Shown here: piece by piece, positions 24,934 through 33,411 of the stretch
Layout of the letters: every line of letters starts with the position of its first letter
Numbering within the stretch: position 1 is the stretch's first letter
Source: a bacterium
Lineage (GTDB): Bacteria; Chlamydiota; Chlamydiia; Chlamydiales; SM23-39
DNA length: 64,000 nucleotides
Direction of reading: 5' to 3'
Assembly: GCA_021780355.1 (NCBI GenBank)
Contig: JAJXYX010000097.1
Location: 1,594-65,593 of the forward strand
Notes under the pieces: generated by a model
Database searches by the model: none
What the model was told of the DNA's origin: nothing
Seen by the model: only the letters and a program-made list of their open reading frames with translations
Made by a program: the position numbers and the translations under genes

Positions 24934-26991
24934 TTAATGAATGTTAAAAAGGTTTAAAAAGGTTTCGTGTTTATTGTTTCCTACCTCTAAAAGCTCGATC
25001 ATAGCAATGGTTATGTAAGAAGATAGGAGGCCGCCTTGCATGGTCACATTCCATTTAACAACAAATTCTCCCACTTTAAGATCGTCGTTTTGGATCTCAT
25101 AGATTTTTGTGAGGATTGTTTTAAAGTCTTTATTTGTAGCTAGATAAAATTCAGAGGTGGGATAATCTTGGGGATTTGATGCTTTGATTGTAAAACCTGC
25201 TTCAATCAAGGGGTTAGCGATTCGGCGTCGCAAAGTGGAATCCGCATAGCCCCACGAAGAAAATGAGCCAGCTTTTAATATGAAGGCGATTTCAGGGATG
25301 GCAGCCAATTCCCGATGCTCTAGTAGGTCTTGAGCGTAGAGTAAAGCATCAAAAGAGGGGATCTCTTGAGGTTCTGAGATCATCAAAGAATCGAGTAAAG
25401 TAGTTGTCTTTGCGTGGGATGTATAATAAAGGGCTTCAATGAATTGCTGATAGTATTCAAGAGGAGAAAGCGATGAATAGAGGGGGAGCAGTTCCATTCC
25501 ATTGATCCACACGGAGGTGATAGGTTTTTGAGAATGACGGGGGTAGTAGGATCGGCTGACTTGTTCTATGTCAATTTTGGCCAGCATGTCCATTGTGAGG
25601 GGAGTGAGCGGGGGGAATTGAACGGACTCGATTTGATATTTTAAAACAGCTGTTTGATTAACTAATTTATACTGAGCGCTACCCTTAAATCCAAACAATA
25701 AATGCATGCGGATAGGGGAATAGTTGCAATGAGTTTTTAAATAAGCTGTGAATTTTTCTTGACAAACTAAAGTTGTTTCTCTGTCTTGCATCGCCTCAAA
25801 ATGGGCAAATAAATTGTGTAGATTCTGTGATTGGGCCAGCCGCTTTATTCTTTTAGAAGATTTTGCGTTGCAATCAGATAAGAATGGTTGCAACGTTCCT
25901 CCAAAGGTGCGTAAAATAAAAGGGATCTCAAGGCTGGTTTTGCAGATTGTTTCCCAAGCATCGATGTCGTCAGGCGGCGGGGCTAAAGTTTGTCTTTGAT
26001 GCAAGGTAAAACTTATGAAATTGGCAAAAATGGAATTTTGGGAGTTGAACTCTTTTTGCAAGCTATCATCCAGTATGACAGTGGGAGCGCTCGTTAACTT
26101 CCTTGCAGGGGATTGAAGATCGATCGGATCTTTTTCGTGAGGGGAAAAAGAGGAGTGTTGCTGCTTTAAGTAAGATAAGGCCTCTTCGATTTGCGTAAAA
26201 ACGTGTAGAGCTTTTTGATTGATGATGGCGTTTTTGTACAGCCCGATGTGTACACCGCCAATGAGGGTCTGGGTTTCAGTGAGAACGGATCTGACTTGCT
26301 TTGGGAAAAGTTGTAGAATAATTTTTTTTAGAAACAGCCGATCATACCCTGCTGCAGGATCGAATATTTTTTTTCTTTTGAATGCAACTGCTAGTTCTAT
26401 TTTTTTCGCAATTTCGGCCACTTTATGTAGATATTTCGAAGAGGCTTGAAATCGATCGGGGTTGATAAGGCGGATGGATCTGCTTTGTACGTGTTCAACT
26501 GATTGAATGATTGGCAATAACTTGAAAAGATCCTTGGAGCCTTCTTCCGGGTATGAAGGTGGTAGGCAAGATGATTCTTCAAAAAGAGAAATGTGAATGC
26601 GCTTTTTTTTATATACAGCTGATTGGATATGCGGCTGGATCTTGAGAAGGAAAAGAAGTAAATAAGGTGAATGAGGGTCAACCTCAATGGGCTTTTCTTG
26701 AAAATATTTGCTTTGGTCTAATATCCGGTTCCAGATTTTGCAGATTTTCCCTTGTAAGAAAAAATCATGGCAATAGGATAAAGGCATCCAATGATGAAAA
26801 TAGGAAAAATCTCGATGGTTTAGATCGTTTTCTTTGTTTGATCTACCATGCAGAAGGAGAGGAGTGACGAGATCATACGATGTGGAATCGGGGAGCAGAG
26901 AGCTTTCATCAAAAGACCTGTCTGTAGCGAGGGCGCTTGAAGAAGATGAGGAGGAGGAAGAAAAACTTGGAGAGATTGCCATATAGCTCAT
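24934..26991 (-). CDS. Large orphan protein (685 aa) with poly-Ser N-terminus; effector candidate
   Basis: Long uninterrupted ORF in a visibly AT-richer stretch. The N-terminus is MSYMAISPSFSSSSSSSSSALATDRSFDESS. No TM segment or catalytic motif recognised. Confidence 0.6.
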   Translation of the reverse strand: MSYMAISPSFSSSSSSSSSALATDRSFDESSLLPDSTSYDLVTPLLLHGRSNKENDLNHRDFSYFHHWMPLSYCHDFFLQGKICKIWNRILDQSKYFQEKPIEVDPHSPYLLLFLLKIQPHIQSAVYKKKRIHISLFEESSCLPPSYPEEGSKDLFKLLPIIQSVEHVQSRSIRLINPDRFQASSKYLHKVAEIAKKIELAVAFKRKKIFDPAAGYDRLFLKKIILQLFPKQVRSVLTETQTLIGGVHIGLYKNAIINQKALHVFTQIEEALSYLKQQHSSFSPHEKDPIDLQSPARKLTSAPTVILDDSLQKEFNSQNSIFANFISFTLHQRQTLAPPPDDIDAWETICKTSLEIPFILRTFGGTLQPFLSDCNAKSSKRIKRLAQSQNLHNLFAHFEAMQDRETTLVCQEKFTAYLKTHCNYSPIRMHLLFGFKGSAQYKLVNQTAVLKYQIESVQFPPLTPLTMDMLAKIDIEQVSRSYYPRHSQKPITSVWINGMELLPLYSSLSPLEYYQQFIEALYYTSHAKTTTLLDSLMISEPQEIPSFDALLYAQDLLEHRELAAIPEIAFILKAGSFSSWGYADSTLRRRIANPLIEAGFTIKASNPQDYPTSEFYLATNKDFKTILTKIYEIQNDDLKVGEFVVKWNVTMQGGLLSSYITIAMIELLEVGNNKHETFLNLFNIH

Positions 26992-27076
26992 TTCTTAACG
27001 AAGGATTAATTTATAGAAAATATTTTATTAAAACAAGAAAAATGGAAGGAAGCGAACAAGGCTACTGAACTTTGTC

Positions 27077-27250
27077 TATATAGTGCTTCCGGTTGAAAGG
27101 CACCCAATCTTTTCGTTTTTAACAGTTCAATTTTCCAGCTATTTTGGCAGGGTTACTATTCGAAGATCATAGGACCCTGCCAAAATAGTTGGAAAATTGA
27201 ACTGTTAAAAACGAAAAGATTGGGTGCCTTTCAACCAGAAGCGCTATATA
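27077..27250. repeat. 174-bp near-perfect palindrome flanked by TATATA (singleton)
   Basis: TATATAGTGCTTCCGGTTGAAAGGCACCCAATCTTTTCGTTTTTAACAGTTCAATTTTCCAGCTATTTTGGCAGGGT...ACCCTGCCAAAATAGTTGGAAAATTGAACTGTTAAAAACGAAAAGATTGGGTGCCTTTCAACCAGAAGCGCTATATA. Confidence 0.9.
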
Positions 27251-27329
27251 CTACCCCCTTTTATGACAATCGATTTTTGGCAGCTTTCAATCCCGTCCAA
27301 CAGCCGATTCTTGAGTTACGAACGGTATA
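27247..27329. repeat. Family-1 element, right half only (83 bp), abutting the 174-bp palindrome
   Basis: ATACTACCCCCTTTTATGACAATCGATTTTTGGCAGCTTTCAATCCCGTCCAACAGCCGATTCTTGAGTTACGAACGGTATA. The apical loop end and inner segment resemble 16595-16763, with a subtype-1 outer arm. Confidence 0.8.
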
Positions 27330-27451
27330 AAGGCTTTGAATGCGGTCCTTTCGGCGCCTTTCAGGCGGAGCGCATGGATTTTGTCGCATATAAATCTTTT
27401 TTGTATTAGGATTTTCCTTTCGCGTAAAACATAACATATAAGGAGGTATCT

Positions 27452-27649
27452 ATGCGAAAATTAGCACAAGCACTACTCATCACTTTGGGTTGTTTTTCTG
27501 CTGTAGGCGTTTATGCTCAAGAAGATGAAGCTTCATCAGAAGTTGTTATCAGCACAGAGGGCAGCGAAGAGACTTCTCAGAATCGCAACTTCTATTTACT
27601 TCAACAGCAAGAAGATGATTCAGCTGATGATGAGAGCAGCAAAAACTAA
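27452..27649 (+). CDS. Small secreted acidic protein (65 aa)
   Basis: Strong RBS AAGGAGG 6 nt upstream. Signal peptide MRKLAQALLITLGCFSAVGVYA|QED. The mature part is D/E/S/Q-rich. A strong terminator follows 20 nt downstream. Confidence 0.65.
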   Translation: MRKLAQALLITLGCFSAVGVYAQEDEASSEVVISTEGSEETSQNRNFYLLQQQEDDSADDESSKN

Positions 27650-27669
27650 GGTGTAAATCACTGATCGCA

Positions 27670-27706
27670 CTGAAGTTTGGACTTTGTCCAAACTTCAGAT
27701 TTTCTT
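27670..27706 (+). terminator. Rho-independent terminator
   Basis: CTGAAGTTTGGAC-TTT-GTCCAAACTTCAG followed by ATTTTCTTG. The 13-bp stem is perfect. It lies between the convergent small ORF and nrdB. Confidence 0.8.
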
Positions 27707-27712
27707 GACAGA

Positions 27713-28753
27713 TCAGCTCCAGACAAGATTAGAAGATTTCTGATAGTCAGTCACTCGCGTTTCAAAGAAGTTTTTCTCTTTGCCCAAGTCGATTGTTTCG
27801 CTCATCCAAGGGAAAGGGTTTTTAGAGCGGTAGATGGCTTTGAGTCCGATTCTTTCGAGTCTTCGGTCTGCGATGTGCTGCACGTAATCGCGGAACATGG
27901 GGGCAGTTAAGCCTAAAATGCCGCGTGGCAGGCAGTCTTCTGCGTACTGGATTTCCAATTCAACGGCTTGCTGGATTTTATCGATGGTATACGCTTGAAA
28001 TTCCGGAGTCCAGAGATGAGGGTTTTCCTCTTTGATCGTATTGATCAGATCGATGCCGAAATTAAGGTGGATCGTTTCATCTCTTAAAATGTACTGGAAT
28101 TGTTCGCCAATGCCTACCATTTTATTTTGACGCAAAAACGAGAGGATCATAGCAAAGCCGCTGTAGAAGAAAATCCCTTCCATGATGATGTAAAAGCCGA
28201 TCAAGTTTTCCAAAAATTTTTGAGCGCCCTCTTGCGTAGTCGTCGTAAAATCAGGCTGGAGAATATCTGCGGTCAGCTGCATTTCAAACGCATCTTTATT
28301 ATGAATGGTATTGACCTCATTATACATATTGAATACTTCGCTCTGATCAAGAGAGAGAGATTCCACGATGTATAAAAAAGTGTGCGTATGAATCGCCTCT
28401 TCGAAAGCTTGTCTTAAAAGATATTGCCGCGCTTCGGGGTTGGTGATGTGGCGGAAAATAGCGAGTACAATATTATTTCCCACCAAGCTTTCTGCAGTGG
28501 CAAAAAAGCCCAAATTTCTCATGATGACGCGTCTTTCGTCTTCATTGAGGGCGTTGGATTTCCATAATTCGATGTCTTTTCCCATCGGCACTTCATTGGG
28601 CATCCAATGGTTTGCGCATCCGTTTAAATAATGTTCCCAAGCCCAAGTATATTTTAAGGGCATGAGTTGGTTCACATCCACGGCATGGCAATTAATGAGC
28701 CGTTTGCTTGCGACATCGATTCGATTTTTGTTTGTTTTCATTACATTTTGCAT
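27713..28753 (-). CDS. nrdB: Ribonucleotide reductase small subunit, class Ic type (R2c)
   Basis: 346 aa. Metal ligands appear in FFATAESLV (Glu where class Ia has Asp), [22 protein letters not shown] and [10 protein letters not shown]. The residue four positions after the first His is Phe (F126) where class Ia has the radical Tyr. Confidence 0.95.
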   Translation of the reverse strand: MQNVMKTNKNRIDVASKRLINCHAVDVNQLMPLKYTWAWEHYLNGCANHWMPNEVPMGKDIELWKSNALNEDERRVIMRNLGFFATAESLVGNNIVLAIFRHITNPEARQYLLRQAFEEAIHTHTFLYIVESLSLDQSEVFNMYNEVNTIHNKDAFEMQLTADILQPDFTTTTQEGAQKFLENLIGFYIIMEGIFFYSGFAMILSFLRQNKMVGIGEQFQYILRDETIHLNFGIDLINTIKEENPHLWTPEFQAYTIDKIQQAVELEIQYAEDCLPRGILGLTAPMFRDYVQHIADRRLERIGLKAIYRSKNPFPWMSETIDLGKEKNFFETRVTDYQKSSNLVWS

Positions 28754-28819
28754 GTAGATCCTCTTTCTAATATTTCCAAGTTTCCCATGCAGGGCCTGTG
28801 CCCTGCATCAAAAAAAATA

Positions 28820-28867
28820 GGATTCCAAAGGACGATAGTCCAATGGTTAGGTTTGGGGCAAAGCCCC
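28820..28867. repeat. Family-2 element, single arm (subtype a)
   Basis: GGATTCCAAAGGACGATAGTCCAATGGTTAGGTTTGGGGCAAAGCCCC in the nrdA-nrdB spacer, ending 2 nt before the nrdA stop codon. Confidence 0.75.
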
Positions 28868-28869
28868 AA

Positions 28870-31800
28870 TTACTGACAGCTTTCGCAGCCTTCTCCTAAA
28901 GTGCAGACGGTTGGAGTGGAAGCGTCTCTATCTACTTTAATGTTGCTGGAAGCTGATTTGCTCTTCATCCAACGGGGCTGGAGGCCTCGTTTGTTAATAT
29001 CGATGGAAGATTTTTCAATTTGCGTGGCTCCAAGCGAGCGGAGATAGTAGGTCGTTTTGAGTCCTTTCTCCCAGGCTTGCATGTACATCTGATGCAATTT
29101 TTTGCCGCTCGGTTCGGAGAGATAGAGATTGAGAGATTGGCCCATGTCGATCCATTTTTGTCTGCGTGCGCCGCATTCGATGATCCACTCTGGTTCAATT
29201 TCAAACGCTGTAAGGAACAGTTGTTTGATCTCATCGGGTATTCGCTCAATTTCTCGAATCGAACCATCGAAATATTTGAGATCGTCGATCATCTCCTCAT
29301 CCCAAAGGTTCTCTGCTTTGAGCCTTTCTACGAGATAAGGGTTCGTGATGGTAAACTCGCCAGACAGATTCGATTTGACAAACAGATGCTTATACATCGG
29401 TTCAATGGAAGGAATGCTTCCCGTGATATTGGCAATCGTCGCCGTGGGGGCGATCGCCATGGTGTTGCTGTTTCTTAGTCCGTGCTTTTTGACAGCTTCT
29501 CTAACAAGCGCCCAATTCATAGACTTGGAGCGGTCCACATCGATGGGAAGGTTTCGCTCTTTTTCTAGAATTTCCAAAGTATCGATAGGCAAATAGCCTC
29601 GATCCCATTTAGATCCTGCATAAGTGGGGTAGCGGCCTTTCTCTGCCGCTAGCTCTGTCGAAGCGAGGATGGCATAATAGGAAATCATCTCCATGCTTTT
29701 ATCTGCAAATTCAACAGCCTCGTGGCTGGCGTAGCTGATATTTAGTAGATAAAGAGCATCTTGGAAGCCCATGATTCCCATGCCGATGGGCCGGTGTCTG
29801 AGGTTCGCATTTTTCGCTTCTACTGTTGGGTAGAAATTGATGTCGATCACATTGTCGAGCATTCTTACAGCGGTTCTAATGGTTTCAGCTAGCCGTTTTT
29901 CATCGAGCCCTTTGCTCGTTATATGTTTGGCTAAATTGATCGAGCCTAAGTTACAGACAGCTGTTTCTTCTGCTGATGAATTGAGAAGAATCTCTGTACA
30001 TAAGTTGGAAGAGTGGACGACCCCTTGGTGATCCTGCGGAGAGCGGATATTAGACGGATCTTTAAATGTAATCCAAGGATGGCCGGTTTCAAATAGCATG
30101 CTGAGCATTTTTCTCCAGAGCTGGAGCGCTTCGAGCTTTTTAAAGAGCTTGATTTCTCCTGTTTCTGTCATTCGCTCATATTCATCGTAGCGTTTTTCAA
30201 AAGCCTGTCCGTAAAGATCGTGGAGATCAGGCACATCGTTTGGGCTGAAAAGGGTCCAAGAACCTCCCTCTTTGACTCGCTTCATGAAGAGGTCAGGAAT
30301 CCAATTGGCCGTATTCATATCGTGCGTGCGGCGTCTCTCATCGCCTGTGTTTTTGCGCAGCTCTAAAAAGTCTTCGATGTCCAAATGCCAGGTTTCTAGA
30401 TAAGCGCACATCGCTCCTTTCCGTTTCCCCCCCTGATTGACAGCGACTGCAGTATCATTGGCAACTTTAAGAAAGGGGATAACTCCCTGCGAAGTGCCGT
30501 TTGTTCCTTTAATGCGAGCGCCTGTGGCTCGAACGTTCGACCAGTCATTGCCAATCCCTCCTGCCCATTTGGATAGCTGCGCGTCGTCCGCGACAACTTT
30601 GAAGATGTGGTGCAAATCATCCATGACAGTAGATAGATAGCAAGAGCTAAGCTGCGAATGGAGCGTCCCTGAATTAAAGAGAGTCGGCGTGGATGAGGTA
30701 AAGTGAAACTGGGAGAGCACATGATAAAATTCTATGGCTCTTTCATTTTTCTGCTCTCCTTCGCCGAGAGCAAGTCCCATAGCAACGCGCATCCAGAAAA
30801 TTTGAGGAGTTTCCAGCCTGCGCTGCTCGTGATGGAGGAAATAGCGATCGTATAGAGTTTGCAGGCCAAGATAGGTGAAAAGATCATCTCTAGACAAATC
30901 CATCGCCTGGCCCAAAAGATCTAAATCGTAATCGAGCAAATCCGGAGAGATCCGCTGATAGGAAATCGCTTGTTTGACATATTTTTTGAAATATTTTTGA
31001 TGCGCCTTTTTGATTGTGGAATCTGAAGCTGGAAGGCCCATCGTTTCTCGGTATAAAATGTCGAGAAGCAGACGCGATGCAACTTGCGAATAGGCGGGCT
31101 CTTTTTCAATTTTCGAGCGGGCGGCCATAATGTGGGCTAAATCGACCTCTTCTTCTTTGATTCCTACATAAAATTGGGCGAGGGAGGTATCGAGCATTTC
31201 GTCGACCGAGACAACAGACTCTAAGCCCCGGCAGGCAAAGGAGAGTTTTTTGCGCAGCTGGTTTTCATTGATGACGACGGTTTTGCCATCGACAGCAACG
31301 ATTTCAAATTCCCGCACCGACGCTCCCTCCTCTTGAGAAATCGCAGCCGCTTCGTGCTGCAAATTTTTTTCAGCGCGGTAGAGAATATAGTTTTTCGCAA
31401 CATCGAAATATTTCTCTCCCATAAGCTCCCTTTCGATCCGATCTTCTACGGCATCGATGTAAAGAGCCTCTCCTTGAGAGGACAAGTAAATCATCTCGTC
31501 TACAATTTTTTTTGTAATTACATTGACTGCATCAACCACTTCATCTGGCGATTGCTCTTCAATCTTTCTCGCTCTGCGAAAAGCTCTTTCTATAGAAGAG
31601 GCGATCTTCATGGGGTTAAAACGGGTCGGCGTCGTTTTGTCGCGGCGGTAGATTTTTACATTTTGCGGAGTCTCTTTTCGGGTCGCTTTGCGGCTGTCTC
31701 TATAGATAATGTAATCGCGGGCCACATCGTGATATCCGTTTTTCATTAAAGTAACTTCCACGACGTCTTGAATTCCCTCTACAGTAAGACTCGCGCCCTT

Positions 31801-32103
31801 TGATGCTAAGCTCAGCACTTGTTTAGCTACGCTGCTCGTAATTTGATCGATGACCGCCTGCAGTTCCTTATCTAAAGGCGCTGCTTCCTCTATGTTTTTG
31901 GTGTCTCGAAAAGCCGCTTCAATCGCGCGGAAAATTCTCTCCCGACGAAAAGGAACTAAGGTCCCGTTTCTTTTGACTACAGTATATTGCGCCTCTTTTG
32001 AAGATGTGCTTTTTTTTCCCACTCCCTTTTCATGGCACGCTTCTACTAAAGAAGCGGGATCGAGAAATGAAGCGGTGGTGTCGTGGTTGGTTTGCTTTTT
32101 CAT
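28870..32103 (-). CDS. nrdA: Ribonucleotide reductase large subunit with three N-terminal ATP-cone domains
   Basis: 1077 aa. ATP-cone starts: [67 protein letters not shown]. The catalytic core has NLCTEI and a C-terminal redox Cys pair ([11 protein letters not shown]). GAGG RBS. Confidence 0.95.
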   Translation of the reverse strand: MKKQTNHDTTASFLDPASLVEACHEKGVGKKSTSSKEAQYTVVKRNGTLVPFRRERIFRAIEAAFRDTKNIEEAAPLDKELQAVIDQITSSVAKQVLSLASKGASLTVEGIQDVVEVTLMKNGYHDVARDYIIYRDSRKATRKETPQNVKIYRRDKTTPTRFNPMKIASSIERAFRRARKIEEQSPDEVVDAVNVITKKIVDEMIYLSSQGEALYIDAVEDRIERELMGEKYFDVAKNYILYRAEKNLQHEAAAISQEEGASVREFEIVAVDGKTVVINENQLRKKLSFACRGLESVVSVDEMLDTSLAQFYVGIKEEEVDLAHIMAARSKIEKEPAYSQVASRLLLDILYRETMGLPASDSTIKKAHQKYFKKYVKQAISYQRISPDLLDYDLDLLGQAMDLSRDDLFTYLGLQTLYDRYFLHHEQRRLETPQIFWMRVAMGLALGEGEQKNERAIEFYHVLSQFHFTSSTPTLFNSGTLHSQLSSCYLSTVMDDLHHIFKVVADDAQLSKWAGGIGNDWSNVRATGARIKGTNGTSQGVIPFLKVANDTAVAVNQGGKRKGAMCAYLETWHLDIEDFLELRKNTGDERRRTHDMNTANWIPDLFMKRVKEGGSWTLFSPNDVPDLHDLYGQAFEKRYDEYERMTETGEIKLFKKLEALQLWRKMLSMLFETGHPWITFKDPSNIRSPQDHQGVVHSSNLCTEILLNSSAEETAVCNLGSINLAKHITSKGLDEKRLAETIRTAVRMLDNVIDINFYPTVEAKNANLRHRPIGMGIMGFQDALYLLNISYASHEAVEFADKSMEMISYYAILASTELAAEKGRYPTYAGSKWDRGYLPIDTLEILEKERNLPIDVDRSKSMNWALVREAVKKHGLRNSNTMAIAPTATIANITGSIPSIEPMYKHLFVKSNLSGEFTITNPYLVERLKAENLWDEEMIDDLKYFDGSIREIERIPDEIKQLFLTAFEIEPEWIIECGARRQKWIDMGQSLNLYLSEPSGKKLHQMYMQAWEKGLKTTYYLRSLGATQIEKSSIDINKRGLQPRWMKSKSASSNIKVDRDASTPTVCTLGEGCESCQ

Positions 32104-32187
32104 TGTCTTTACCTCTTTGGCGCAAAAAAACTTAAGGTCCAGCGCAGTGTTTTGGTTTGTAAATAACTGGTTAATTTCTTATGTCAC

Positions 32188-32203
32188 CTACCAGATGTGG
32201 TAG
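32188..32203 (-). promoter_or_regulatory. Candidate NrdR box 1
   Basis: CTACCAGATGTGGTAG is 14/16 self-complementary. It has the spaced core C-A-AT-T-G of the NrdR consensus as I recall it (acaCwAtATaTwGtgt). It lies 85-100 nt upstream of the nrdA ATG. Confidence 0.55.
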
Positions 32204-32219
32204 GTTTTCTTGGTTTACA

Positions 32220-32235
32220 TAACTATATATTGTAG
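32220..32235 (-). promoter_or_regulatory. Candidate NrdR box 2
   Basis: TAACTATATATTGTAG fits aCwAtATaTwGt at every conserved core position. Its centre is 32 bp from the centre of box 1, about three helical turns, which is the usual tandem NrdR-box spacing. Confidence 0.6.
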
Positions 32236-32363
32236 TTGTGGGTTTCTGGTCTAGAAAAAAAAACCGCGATTGCATACCCACTTACACAGAGTCGTTAAGG
32301 GTAGCAAAAATCATCAAAACATGCGATTTTTTTGTCGCGAATGAAGTTTGTGCGCTCTCCATC

Positions 32364-32488
32364 TTGGGGCTTCGCCCCAAACCCCATTAAAGGACTGTCG
32401 TCCTTTAAAATCCCGTTTTTTTTATATAAAATCAAAAAGGATTTTAAAGGACGATAGTCCTTTAATGGGGGGTGGGGCGAAGCCCCAA
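32364..32488. repeat. Family-2 composite-hairpin element, complete subtype-a copy (125 bp)
   Basis: TTGGGGCTTCGCCCCAAACCCCATTAAAGGACTGTCGTCCTTTAAAATCC-CGTTTTTTTTATATAAAATCAAAAA-GGATTTTAAAGGACGATAGTCCTTTAATGGGGGGTGGGGCGAAGCCCCAA. Confidence 0.9.
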
Positions 32489-32565
32489 CATGAAATGATG
32501 AGGTATTTCTAGGCGTTGCGAATTTTAGCTTGGGATGCGGGAGGGTTTGTGTTATTATGGGGATT

Positions 32566-33411
32566 ATGAAGAGAGTCTATTTAGTTCCCAATATCATCAC
32601 TGCGTTCAGTTTGGCCTGTGGTCTTTTTGTGATTTTCAAGGTCAACATGATTGAGCCGGGGAGCGGGGATTATGAGGTGGTGTATGCGGCGGCTCTTTTG
32701 CTTTTGGTGGCGGCTTTGGCCGATTTTTTGGATGGGGCGGTAGCTCGCGCTTTTCATGCCGAGAGTCAGTTTGGCCTTGTTTTCGATTCGTTGGCTGATT
32801 CCATCTCTTTTGGGGTGGCGCCTTCTGTGATTTTGCTGAAGACGCTGTCTTTGGAGCAAGGGACGTTTCTCTCTTTTTTTAGTACGACAGGTGCGATGAT
32901 TTTTTCTCTCTGCGGGGTGCTTAGGCTGGTGAGATTTAGCGTAAAGGCCTCGGAGGCTAGAGGAAATGAAGAGCTGCAAGCTGCGCAGAAAAAGCATTTT
33001 ACGGGCTTGCCGATCCCGGCGGGAGCTGCTGCGGCAGTTTCTGCGAATCTATTTTTTCTTTCTCCTTTCGTTCGGCAGTGGATCGATTTGAACACATTCG
33101 ATCGATCTGTTTTTTTGACATGCGTGATGATCGTTCTAGGGTATTTGATGGTTTGCCGCTTAAAATTTCCTAGTTTGAAATCGCTGCATTTTAGGATTCC
33201 ATCGTTTCACTGGGTCTTTTTGGGCGTTGTGATCGCTGTTTTTGTCTTGTATGGCATTTTATATTTTTTCCCCTTGATTTTGGCTTTTGCTGCTTGGAGC
33301 TATATTTTAGTCGCCTTTGTTTTGACGGTCATTCGGCTGATTGCTGGCAAAAAGTCCAAGACATTGGAAGAATTCGAGCCTGAATCCGATGATTTTGAGC
33401 AGTTGCATTAA
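32566..33411 (+). CDS. pssA: CDP-diacylglycerol--serine O-phosphatidyltransferase (CDP-alcohol phosphatidyltransferase family)
   Basis: The start is set at MKRVYLVPNIITA (ATG 32557 is also possible; the track start 32530 looks too long). The family motif DFLDGAVARAFHAESQFGLVFDSLADSISFG matches DG(x)2AR(x)8G(x)3D(x)3D. Multiple TM helices. Confidence 0.85.
   Translation: MKRVYLVPNIITAFSLACGLFVIFKVNMIEPGSGDYEVVYAAALLLLVAALADFLDGAVARAFHAESQFGLVFDSLADSISFGVAPSVILLKTLSLEQGTFLSFFSTTGAMIFSLCGVLRLVRFSVKASEARGNEELQAAQKKHFTGLPIPAGAAAAVSANLFFLSPFVRQWIDLNTFDRSVFLTCVMIVLGYLMVCRLKFPSLKSLHFRIPSFHWVFLGVVIAVFVLYGILYFFPLILAFAAWSYILVAFVLTVIRLIAGKKSKTLEEFEPESDDFEQLH

Noticed and set aside
28787-28808. Hairpin ATGCAGGGC-CTGT-GCCCTGCAT in the nrdA-nrdB spacer as an internal terminator
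   Set aside because: In the direction of transcription (minus strand) the T-run precedes rather than follows the stem, and nrdA and nrdB are expected to be co-transcribed. It may be an RNA-stability element or a repeat remnant, but I cannot call it a terminator.
29020-31749. 152-aa, 138-aa and other plus-strand ORFs
   Set aside because: They are antisense to nrdA. No motifs or RBS.
32581-33095. 138-aa and 109-aa minus-strand ORFs
   Set aside because: They are antisense to pssA. The products are extremely basic low-complexity sequence.
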